Shown one piece after another: positions 1 through 9,600 of a stretch of 64,000 nucleotides of DNA. The stretch covers positions 1,559 through 65,558 of the forward strand of contig CAZVBC010000001.1 of the NCBI GenBank assembly GCA_964625155.1. The letters are read 5' to 3'. The position numbers and the translations under genes were made by a program. This DNA comes from an uncultured Pirellulaceae bacterium (GTDB taxonomy: Bacteria > Planctomycetota > Planctomycetia > Pirellulales > Pirellulaceae). The notes beneath the pieces were generated by a model that was given only the letters and a program-made list of their open reading frames with translations, searched no databases and was not told where the DNA came from. The first letter of the stretch is position 1. Each line of letters begins with the position of its first letter.

Positions 1-103
1 GGTTGCTGCGAAACGAAGGGCTGTTGTTAACAAAGTTCTGGCAAAGTTGCGTCGCAGTTAAGGCGGATAGCAGGAAAGGATTTTTCAACGCAACTCAGGG
101 CTG

Positions 104-540
104 GTGCAATTTGGCTTTAAAGTGGAAACCGACCGCCGCCATAATCGACGACCGCTATCTTCCGAGGAATTTCAATGGCGAATAACGGCTGCGGAAAACG
201 GAAAACCAGTGGAATTAATTGCAGGCGCTGACCGTGCGATGATGTACATTCTCTCGCCTTGGACAGGCTACCGCATTTCCGAGATCGGCAGTCTTACCTT
301 GGCGTCCTTTCATTTGGATAAAGATCCTCTCACAGTTGTCGTCAACGCGGTAAGTAGCAAGCGACGGCGGAAAGACGTACAAGCACTGCTTCCAGGAGTA
401 GTTACAAGGTTTCGACATTGGCTGTGAATTCGCGTTTCTAAGCATGACCAGTTTTAATTCCCGATAACTAAGGAAGCTTGCGGTTTCGAGCGCAAGACCT
501 CCAAGATGATGAAGAAGGATTTGGAGCAAGCCAGGTCAAC
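104..540 (+). pseudogene. Truncated and frameshifted tyrosine recombinase (phage-type integrase) remnant
   Basis: ORF 104..427 reads '...AGADRAMMYILSPWTGYRISEIGSLTLASF...VVVNAVSSKRRRKDVQALLPGVV'. This resembles the start of a tyrosine-recombinase catalytic domain, with the first catalytic Arg in 'GYRISE', but it stops at 427. A different frame near 470-540 reads '...TSKMMKKDLEQA', like the next conserved segment. The HxxR and catalytic-Tyr region is missing. Confidence 0.5.
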
Positions 541-682
541 CTAGCGACAGCTGACCATTGATTGACTTGCGCTGCTAGGCGAATGGGACTGGCGAGTTTT
601 AATTGGCTTATAAGAGTGGGAGGCTCGGAGAGATACTCCAAGCCTCCAGGTTTTGGTTGACCATCATTACTAAGTGCGAGCT

Positions 683-1471
683 TTACTTCGATACCAAATC
701 CGACGATGTTTCGCCGATCAACCTGTCGAACTCGGCGGCGGCATTGATGGTATTTACTTTGTCGGCAACGACCGCTTCTACGATGTCGATTTCGGTGCGA
801 GCCAATTCATTCTCGATCTTTAACGACCGCTCGAGCGTTTCAGCCAGCTTTTCGCCACGTGTTAACGTGTCGCTGCTAGGTAACGTACCGATACCGCCAG
901 TGGCCAACTCCAAGGCTGCTTTATCCGTGCGTATCACCGACAGTCGTGCGGCCAGGGTGTCGCGTTCTTGACGCCGCTTGTCAAACGTCTGGTTCAGCGC
1001 TCCAACGCTTGCCTCCATCCGCTTGACCGACTCTTCCAATCGAACGAGCGATTCTTGATCTTGGCGATAGCGCTCCATGCGCGATCGCAGTGCTGACTCC
1101 AGCGATGCGATGTCAGGCTTCGAGCAGTTCTCGGTTCCAGACGCACAACCGCCGGGCAGGCGATTGCGTATGGCTGTCATTTGAGCCAAATCGCGATCCA
1201 GCTTCGCCTTCAACTCGCATGCTTGCTCGCGTGCCTTGTCGAAGTTTAGGTTGGCCTCGACCTTGACGCGACGAGCTCCCGATAGCTCTTTGTCGACCTT
1301 CTCGACCAGCAATTCCAATCGCTCGATCTCAATCTGGGTGGGGATCTTTTCGACCAAGGCTTGACCGGCCTGGCGGAAACCAACCTGCAGATACTCCATT
1401 CCTGAATGAACCGCACCCATCCCTGCAACTGCGGCTACTGTTACGCCAGCGATGATTGTTCGCAGACTCAT
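683..1471 (-). CDS. Membrane-anchored coiled-coil protein of unknown function
   Basis: The ATG at 1471 is preceded by GGGAGG (minus strand 'gggaggtattcgtcATG'). The N-terminal hydrophobic segment is 'MSLRTIIAGVTVAAVAGMGAV'. The rest is charged and heptad-like (E/R/K/L-rich), typical of a long coiled coil. I recognise no catalytic motif. Confidence 0.6.
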   Translation of the reverse strand: MSLRTIIAGVTVAAVAGMGAVHSGMEYLQVGFRQAGQALVEKIPTQIEIERLELLVEKVDKELSGARRVKVEANLNFDKAREQACELKAKLDRDLAQMTAIRNRLPGGCASGTENCSKPDIASLESALRSRMERYRQDQESLVRLEESVKRMEASVGALNQTFDKRRQERDTLAARLSVIRTDKAALELATGGIGTLPSSDTLTRGEKLAETLERSLKIENELARTEIDIVEAVVADKVNTINAAAEFDRLIGETSSDLVSK

Positions 1472-2108
1472 GACGAATACCTCCCGTGGAACTGTGTCCA
1501 CATCTGTAGGAACTAGTAGCACCATCGATTGGGATATAGGTGAGAAGCGGACACAAACACTTAGCTTATGCCTGCGTTCAATCGCCGGGTGCTCGATGCA
1601 GCGATCGGCTCACTGCACTCAGAACGCGGGATGCGCAACGATTCTTCCAAGAAATCCGCGAAGATTTTATTAACTAGGATCAAAGGGGATATCCGAGATG
1701 ACTCTCAGCAGTTAACCACAGATTTCACCGTTAAGACGGACGAAAGCACCGCAGAACCAGTATCCTACCTATGCCCAGTTGCTTTTCGCGTCGCCACATC
1801 TTGGATTACCTCACTATATCAATTAACTGTGGTATCTGTGAAATCCGTGGTCGAGAATGTCTTCGCTGGTCATAGGGCAAGGAACGTAACGCTTGATTGA
1901 TGCATTCCGCTACCCGCACGTTCGGAAATCGTCGAAATGGAAGAAATCTCGCTGGAGCGCTGATCAAGTGGCCGCTTTGGCAGTTTGCTTGTAAGCTTCG
2001 AGGAGCCGCCAGCGAGTGCAATGGCAGTAGATTGAACTCACGAGGTCCGCCGCAATCTCAGTGCGATCCCCAAGACCAAGTCCGCAGCCCTACGACGAAT
2101 TGGCAACT

Positions 2109-3569
2109 CTAGTTGCCAACAAACTGGCTGAGAGTGGTGATGTTGTCGATAAACGTTTCGCTAGTAATGATGCGATTGACCTGATCCTTGCCCTTGTGGT
2201 ACCGCAGTTTACCTGATTCGACCCATGCGCCCCGCGCATCGAGTTGTGAAATTATCTGGCGCACCGAATCCTCACTCGGTTTGTCACTTGAGCCGGATTT
2301 CTTCGCTTCACGCCGCTTCTGCAATTCAGTTTCCGTTAGCTTGGCAAGCTTTTCAAAGTCGCGGCGCAGCTTGGCTACATTGCTGCTGGTAATAAAGCCA
2401 TAGTGCGTGGGCATATCGTCGGATGAGTAAGTCAATTTGTAGTCGCGAGTAAAATAGAGGGGACGATTGGTCTTCAATTCGTAGAATCTTGCCAGTCGAC
2501 CGTTGGGAAGTTGGCTCCTTTCTAGATAATCGAGCGCGCGAGGTATGGGTTCCAAATACTTACGGTTTCCTGATTGAACATAAATATCCATTAGTACACG
2601 GATAACCTGTTGCGATTCACCTCCAGAAACTGCTGGCGGTTCGAACTTGCGAGCCCACACAGGTTGCATGTCAAAGTTGTATTGTTGAGCCCATGCGGGT
2701 TGAGGTTCGGGCATTTGGGCGAGCAAAAAGAAGTCGGCCGCTTTGAGTGCAGAAGCCCGATAACGATCATCGCCATAAATGTCCGCAACTAGAAGCAAGG
2801 TATCAATATTGCGAGCGATGTTATTATCATTGATGGTGTAATAAAACCAATAATCTCCTCCTGGATATTCGCGTTGCCAACTTGCAGGATAGTTTGCCGA
2901 TTTTGTTGGATAGCGATCAACGTCCGTCAATTTGTCGTACACCTGGGCCCAACCGCCGTTGGGAAACTGATTACTGAGAATCGAATCGAGAGCGAACACT
3001 ACGGCCTCATGAATCTGCTGGTCTCGAAATCCAAGCTCTTTGTCCAAACTAGCAAGAAAGCGGACAGCCGACTGGGTCTTGTCGTCATCAAACGTGGACA
3101 AGTTTCGAGCCTTCTTGCCCGCTTTACCCTCCACACGATAAGCCAATTTGGACCGCAATTGAGTTCCAAAGTCGATATGCGCTTGCCAACCACCGCTGTG
3201 CAATTGGCCTCTTACCAAACACATTCCAGCGTCGTAAGCTGCGTCGAGGATCGGCTTGTGCCTAGTTCGTTGATAAGCTTGTAAAAGTGCCATGCCCACG
3301 GCAGGCGTTCCCGGCGGTTGAACCCAAACAGTACCAGGTTCAGCCACTCCCTCCCCTTCCCTGAATTGCAGATCATCGCTCACCAAATAAACATAGCCTC
3401 CTTCAACTGCAACTTGTTTGTGAAAGAAAGCAACGGCTTTTTGCAGTGCAGTATTAGCTTGATTCTCCAGAGGCTCGTCTGCAGTTATGACATTGCTTAA
3501 CATCCACGGAATTAACAACGCAGCGCTCGAAGTTAACAGCAAATTAGATCGCATTTCCAGGTTCTCCAT
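2109..3569 (-). CDS. Secreted alpha/alpha-toroid repeat protein, possibly a PelA/Pel-15E (PL10)-like pectate lyase
   Basis: A 486-aa ORF with a signal-like N-terminus ('MRSNLLLTSSAALLIPWMLSNVITA'). It has repeated 'xGGW' elements ('LHSGGWQAHIDFG', 'FPNGGWAQVYD') and a 'YYTINDNNIARNIDTLLLV' segment reminiscent of PL10 lyases. The start is ambiguous: 3569, or 3554 which has GGAG upstream. Confidence 0.45.
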   Translation of the reverse strand: MENLEMRSNLLLTSSAALLIPWMLSNVITADEPLENQANTALQKAVAFFHKQVAVEGGYVYLVSDDLQFREGEGVAEPGTVWVQPPGTPAVGMALLQAYQRTRHKPILDAAYDAGMCLVRGQLHSGGWQAHIDFGTQLRSKLAYRVEGKAGKKARNLSTFDDDKTQSAVRFLASLDKELGFRDQQIHEAVVFALDSILSNQFPNGGWAQVYDKLTDVDRYPTKSANYPASWQREYPGGDYWFYYTINDNNIARNIDTLLLVADIYGDDRYRASALKAADFFLLAQMPEPQPAWAQQYNFDMQPVWARKFEPPAVSGGESQQVIRVLMDIYVQSGNRKYLEPIPRALDYLERSQLPNGRLARFYELKTNRPLYFTRDYKLTYSSDDMPTHYGFITSSNVAKLRRDFEKLAKLTETELQKRREAKKSGSSDKPSEDSVRQIISQLDARGAWVESGKLRYHKGKDQVNRIITSETFIDNITTLSQFVGN

Positions 3570-3695
3570 GAAAAGCTGAGAATCAGGCTTTCCGAAAACT
3601 GTGCCGCCGATAATCTAGACGTGTAGAATAGCGTAGAATTAGCCAGTTGTCTTCCAATCATCGCAACCTTAAGTAATTTGAATGTGGCTATCAAT

Positions 3696-5030
3696 ATGAT
3701 CCGCCGCGACTGTCTGCGAAATATGCTTTTGCTAGGTGCCACAGCCGGTGCTGCTGGCACATGGGCCACGAAAGTGGCATCTGGAATTCGCTCGACAGGT
3801 TCGGGCAGGCATTTGATCGTTTTGTGGATGCCTGGTGGTCCTTCGCAACTGGATACATTTGATTTGAAACCCGGACACGCCAACGGCGGGCCGTTCAAGG
3901 AAATCGCGACCACCGTACCTGGTGTACGGATCAGTGAGCATCTACCAAATTTGGCGCAAGCGGCCGATCATCTTGCCATTGTGCGCAGTGTGCAAACTAA
4001 AGAAGGAGATCACAGTCGCGGAACTTTCTTGGTCCGCACGGGACAACGACCTGGTGCTCCGCTGCGATATCCAGCGTTTCCGGCTGCACTTGCGAAAGAG
4101 TTATCGCCAAACTCAGAGCGCCCTGATTACGTCAGTATTTTACCAAACTCGTTTGTCAATCCTGCCGCGTTTGGTGCGGGCTTCTTGGGTGCTGGACGCG
4201 AACCGCTGACGGTTGCCAGCGCAAGGCCAACTGCTGATAACGGAGTCCCCAACAATCCAGTCGCTCCGGCTGACGCGCCACTTGACCTGCGAGTCGACAA
4301 TTTGTTACCTGACGGTGCAACGCAAACCGATCGATTAACGCGACGCAAAGAGATTTGGGAGATGTTGCAATCCAGCTACGGCGCATCCTCACGTTCCGGA
4401 GCTCCCTCGACGCACGATACTGTTTTGCGACGAGCTATGCAGTTAGCCGAAAGCGACTTGGTTGACGCATTCGATCTGAAAAAGGAGAAAGATGCAGTTC
4501 GCCGAGCCTACGGAAACGGTGCGTTTGGACAAGGATGTTTATTAGCTCGTCGGTTGATTGAATATGGTGTACCTGTGGTCGAGATTGCGCTTAGCGACGG
4601 ACCTGGTGGCTTGGCGTGGGATACTCACATCGACAACTTTAACTCAGTGCGTCGACTCAGTCAGCAGCTAGATCAAGCATGGTCCCGGTTGATGGCAGAA
4701 TTAGCAGAACGCGGTTTGTTAGCATCGACTACGATTGTCTGGATGGGTGAGTTTGGTCGAACCCCTGTCATCAATCCACAAGGTGGTCGCGATCACTTTC
4801 CCGATGCATGGACATGTGTTTTGGCCGGCGCCGGGATTCATGGGGGCGCGGTCGTTGGCAAGACCAGCGACGATGGCAGGGAAGTTACCGACCGACCTGT
4901 CAACGTTCCTGATTTGCTGGCTACGATTTGTCAAGCTGCGGGGGTCGCGCCCGCGGTTGAGAACTTTTCAAATGACCGTCGACCAATCAAGTTGAGCGAG
5001 GGGCAACCGATCAGCGAGTTATGTACTTGA
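3696..5030 (+). CDS. DUF1501 domain protein (sulfatase-fold, Tat-exported)
   Basis: Twin-arginine N-terminus 'MIRRDCLRNMLLLGATAGAAG'. 'LIVLWMPGGPSQLDTFDLKP' and 'GEFGRTP...GGRDHFP' are characteristic DUF1501 blocks. The track start at 3678 is a TTG; the in-frame ATG at 3696 is more likely. Confidence 0.9.
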   Translation: MIRRDCLRNMLLLGATAGAAGTWATKVASGIRSTGSGRHLIVLWMPGGPSQLDTFDLKPGHANGGPFKEIATTVPGVRISEHLPNLAQAADHLAIVRSVQTKEGDHSRGTFLVRTGQRPGAPLRYPAFPAALAKELSPNSERPDYVSILPNSFVNPAAFGAGFLGAGREPLTVASARPTADNGVPNNPVAPADAPLDLRVDNLLPDGATQTDRLTRRKEIWEMLQSSYGASSRSGAPSTHDTVLRRAMQLAESDLVDAFDLKKEKDAVRRAYGNGAFGQGCLLARRLIEYGVPVVEIALSDGPGGLAWDTHIDNFNSVRRLSQQLDQAWSRLMAELAERGLLASTTIVWMGEFGRTPVINPQGGRDHFPDAWTCVLAGAGIHGGAVVGKTSDDGREVTDRPVNVPDLLATICQAAGVAPAVENFSNDRRPIKLSEGQPISELCT

Positions 5031-5068
5031 TGCTCTGATAATTGGTTGCTCTGATGCTTATTTGAAAC

Positions 5069-6592
5069 TCAGTTCGGTGAGTTTGCAGGGCGCTGAGCGG
5101 CAGCAGTTTTCTTTTTGTTCTTAGCTTTCTTCTTCTTTTTCGGCTTGGGAGCATCTTGTTCAGCCTTCTTGTCAGACTGGTTGGCCGTAGGCATCGGAGC
5201 TCCAATTTCCTTGCGCCAATTGAGCATCAATTTATGGAGCTTGTTAGCTTGCTCGGGCATCTCCCGCGCTAGATTTTTCGTCTCTCCAAGATCATCGTGC
5301 AGATTGTATAACTCAAGACGTTGATCTTCGAAGAACTCCATAAGCTTCCAATCGCCGGAGTGTACAATTCCAACCGGTGTGGTGCGCCAAGTATCTTTAC
5401 CTGCTCCCAAATAACCTGGAAAATGCTGAAAAATTGCCTCGCGCGGCAGCTTGGCTTGAGGATTGCGAAAGATCGGTACCAAACTGGTGCCATCCAGTGG
5501 CTGGTTATCCGGAAGTTTGGCTCCAGCCACTTCGACCAAAGTAGGCAAGATGTCGACATGTTGCGCCGGTTCGGTAGAAACACTTCCAGCCGTTATGATT
5601 TTTGGCCATCGCACGATAAATGGATCGCGAATGCCACCTTCATAAAGACTCCCTTTACCACTTCGCAGCGGTGCATTATCTGTCGTATCACCTGAATCCC
5701 GCAGCCCCTCACGGACGTAACCACCGACGCCACCATTGTCGCTCGAGAACACCACCAGCGTATTTTGTTCCAGGTTTAGTTCCTTTAGCAAGTCGAGTAT
5801 ACGTCCAACGCTCTCATCGACGCTGTAAATCATGGCTGCATACGTTGGATTGGAATGACCTCCGACACCGGGATTCTGCTTGAATTTCTCGATCAATTCT
5901 GGCTTAGCTTGGTAGGGTGAGTGAACTCCAAAATGAGGCAAGTAGAGGAAGAATGGCTGCGACCGATTTCGCCGAATAAAATCTGCGGCCCGATCGGTCA
6001 ACCAATCCGCAAGGTAGCTGCCTGCTGGGACATCGACTGGAGGCGATGTCTCGAAATCGAAATGGCGTCCGTTTGATACAATTGCTTCATCAAAACCACG
6101 GCGACGGGGATGGTAATCTTGTTGTTCTCCGAGATGCCATTTCCCAAACATCGCAGTTACATAGCCTGCCTGTTTAAGTTGCTGGGCCACGGTCCGTTTG
6201 CTCAATGGCAGTTGTGTTGCATTATCAACTGGTCGCAGCGGACGAGATTGCCATTCAAAACGATCGATGCTGCCCACCGTATACACTCCGGTTCGCGGGC
6301 CCAATTGCCCAGTCATCAGCGCGGCTCGCGTAGGTTGGCAGTTTTGGCAGTTATAGTACCGAGTCAGCCGCAGGCCTGCGGCGGATAATCGATCGATATT
6401 CGGCGTCAAATAGTATTTGCTGCCATATACACCGGTATCGGTCCAACCCAAATCGTCAGCCAATATGTAGACGATGTTCGGACGCTGTCCCAGTTCTTGC
6501 GCAATCACATATTGAATGGAAGACATTGCAGCAATTGTCGCCATGCAAAGCCACAACTGGGCCAAACCATGCTTCAAGATGAGCCTATTCAA
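5069..6592 (-). CDS. Arylsulfatase (formylglycine-dependent sulfatase family) with a polybasic C-terminal tail
   Basis: 'PNIVYILADDLGWTDTGVYGS' and the 'CQPTRAALMTGQ' (C-x-P-x-R) formylglycine motif. The N-terminus is signal-like if the TTG at 6592 is used; the alternative ATG is at 6544. The C-terminus is 'KPKKKKKAKNKKK'. Confidence 0.9.
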   Translation of the reverse strand: MNRLILKHGLAQLWLCMATIAAMSSIQYVIAQELGQRPNIVYILADDLGWTDTGVYGSKYYLTPNIDRLSAAGLRLTRYYNCQNCQPTRAALMTGQLGPRTGVYTVGSIDRFEWQSRPLRPVDNATQLPLSKRTVAQQLKQAGYVTAMFGKWHLGEQQDYHPRRRGFDEAIVSNGRHFDFETSPPVDVPAGSYLADWLTDRAADFIRRNRSQPFFLYLPHFGVHSPYQAKPELIEKFKQNPGVGGHSNPTYAAMIYSVDESVGRILDLLKELNLEQNTLVVFSSDNGGVGGYVREGLRDSGDTTDNAPLRSGKGSLYEGGIRDPFIVRWPKIITAGSVSTEPAQHVDILPTLVEVAGAKLPDNQPLDGTSLVPIFRNPQAKLPREAIFQHFPGYLGAGKDTWRTTPVGIVHSGDWKLMEFFEDQRLELYNLHDDLGETKNLAREMPEQANKLHKLMLNWRKEIGAPMPTANQSDKKAEQDAPKPKKKKKAKNKKKTAAAQRPANSPN

Positions 6593-6685
6593 GTTTGAAG
6601 TTCCTTTTGAGTTTCCGTCGATAACTGATGGAACCAGGAACGTCCCCGGTTCAGCTCGAATGCCAAGCGAACGATCCGAGCCAGC

Positions 6686-9600
6686 TTATCTTAATTCATG
6701 ACGATGATGTTCTTGGCCGTATGGGTCTAGATGCGCTAATACTAACTGAGCTTGTGAGTCGCGGTAACTCAATTCTATTTCTAAATACCCACCTGCCACC
6801 CGCAGATACTGATGCATGTCGGGGCGGAAGTCATCTTTCTTCCAGCCACTTGCGTGACGATTGCTGACTGGGCCCACCGAAAACTCATGAAGTTTGGTTT
6901 CTGGATCGACGCTGTGATATTGCCAATGTCTGTCACCACAAACGACCACAGTATTAGAAAAACTCGCGAGCAACTGGCGAATCTGGCGCCCTTCGTGAGT
7001 GAAATTGTCGTTCGAGAGATTGTCGTGTTTGTTTTCGCGATCTGGTCCAACGATTGGCGTTGGCGAAATAATTACTCGAAATTTCGCGGTTGATGTTCTA
7101 AGTGTTTGTTCCAACCATTTTTTTTGCTCGGCACCCAAGATCGTTTTGTCAGGTGTATCTTTTGCATTGTTGGGACTTCGGTGATCGCGTCCCTCAAGCA
7201 TCCAGATTTGCAGGTCTCTTCCGAGCTGAATCGTTCGGTAGGCTGGCGATGGCAGGGCGGTTTGTTGAACAAAAATTCGCTGACCATCTTCAAAGCGAAA
7301 ATCATCCGTCCACTGGAAATGCTGGCCAGGCCAACTGTCGTTCACGTACGTATCATGATCGTCTTTCAAAAAGTATGTTGGCACTTGCTTGTGGAAATTA
7401 ACTAGCGTCGGTAGCGAATAAGTACGTTGCCAGTGGTAGTTCGCCAGATCGATACTGCGTGCCAACGCGTCGTAATACACTACATCTCCTGCCAGGACGT
7501 AGGCATCGGTCTTGCGATCCAGCATGGTACGGTATACATCGAAACCGTGCGCACCATCTCGATCGTTGAATTCTTGACACGTACCCACAGCCAGACGAAA
7601 CGGCTTGGCTTGGTCTGCTTCCGGCAACGTCCTCAAGGAACCGGCCAGCGTTGTTGAAACCGACGTCGCTCCAGGTGCACGTGCTTCGACACGGATTTCA
7701 TACTGCGAATCTGCAACCAGCTCCTGCATTGGCAATAAACATGAAAAATCCGATTGATGATCGACTTTGGTCCAGGCAGAGTCCGTCCATGGAGCTTCTC
7801 CAGCTCGGCGAAATCGCAATCGCATTTCTGCGACAACACCTGGTACAGCAAACCTGAGACCATCAACTCCTGACTCAGGAAGCAGTGGTCCGGAGTTTTG
7901 TTTGGCATTCTTCTTGCCAGCCACTTTTCGAAACCGAACTTCCGGCAGATCGCCAAGATTTGGCAACGGCCAACGAGTCGCGCGAGCCCAAATCGTCGCC
8001 TGCTTCTGGCCAACTTCGACAATGCGAAATCCCATACTCTGCTGCGGCGCAATGGCTGTATCCACTAACAATGTAGGCATCGAGCGATCTGTAGAAGTGG
8101 ACTCCACGACGCGGAGTGTTCCTTTGGCAGCAGCCAGCAAACTACCATAGTCGCTAACTCTCATGATTCCAGGTAAAGCAGGTGCCAAGAGTGGATCGGT
8201 CGGATAGTTTGAAACGTGCAGCCTTGCCAGCTTAGGCAAATTTCGCGATGGTGAATTGGCTATTTCCAGGCCAGCAATAGTTGCCAGTGGTGACCAGCGG
8301 TCATGACCAACCATGTCCCAAGTCGATGCTCGATCTGATTGTTCGCTTAACGCAACGTACATCTTCAAGATATCTACCAGAGCTAGCCCTTCAACCGACT
8401 GCCCCAGCAAATAGAAGCGACGCATGATCTGTGTTTGACTGCGCACGGTGGGGCCCCATTGCGTCCAATCGTGACCACGTGGTAAGAGTACAAAATGCTT
8501 GGCTGCATTGGATTTTGCTAACCTGCGAGGCAAATCTCCAGTAGTAAGTTCGCGACCAATCGCTGCGGAATCCGTCAGGGTCGAAGTTGTGACCACACCC
8601 ACGTGAATCATGTTTTCAGTCCCTGAAACCGAAGCGGTAGATTCCAATTCCAGCCACCGAGATTTCCATGGATGGTCAGAATTTAGCTCGCGCAGTCGCC
8701 AACGCCAGGTTCCATGTTGTCCTTCAAGTACAGTTGTGTAGCCAACGGAGGGTTGGGCAAGTGCCTCGGCCAGAGGTACGGTGCGTGCAATCGCGGTGCG
8801 CCACTGGTCTTTCCACAACTGAGCAGCTTGCGAAACATCCGTTACCGGTGATGCTGCGCTAACAAACCAGTTAGAAGCGCTGGTCACTTTCTCGTCGAGC
8901 GGCGACTCTTTGTCAAAAACTGCGAGCCGTTCCATCGGGAACTCTTTTAGCGCCGCACGCTCGACTATCGGCTCAACGCCTGTCAAGTGCTTCAGTAACC
9001 AACGAAATGCACCGACTTGCAATTCTTGCGTATCTTTGTGTGGACCCGGTGTGATTAGGACACCATATTTATCGGAGGCTTTAAGTGCTTCATAGACACG
9101 GCGCACTTGCATGTGTGTACGCACCACACCCACCATCGGAAAGATTCCATCGGTGTCGGAGTTCGCAAGTAGTAATGCGCGGGGTGCGATCGTTGCAGCC
9201 AACTTTGGATAGTCCCAGCCGTGATAGTTGACGAAGTACATACAATCACAATGACCCTCCACACAACCATTCACGACGTGGTCTTCCAAGTCGGTAATGC
9301 CGGCAACTGGCACTGCCGCTTTGATGCGTTCATCCAAAGCAGCAGCGAACCAACTGTAAGCACCTCCTCCACTCCGTCCGGTAATTCCGATGCGGTTGGC
9401 ATCGACCTGCTTCAGCGATTGCAAATAATCGATTCCGCGAATTGCGTTCCAAGCTTCGACCCCTGCAGGTGTGTAGCCACGACTGATCCAGTCCCAGCGC
9501 CCCATCTTGTATGTTCCATGATGCTCGCCGTGGAATTCACCAAGCTGAATGGTGTCGATGATCAAGCATACCGTTTGATGGCGGGCAAACCACAATCCGT

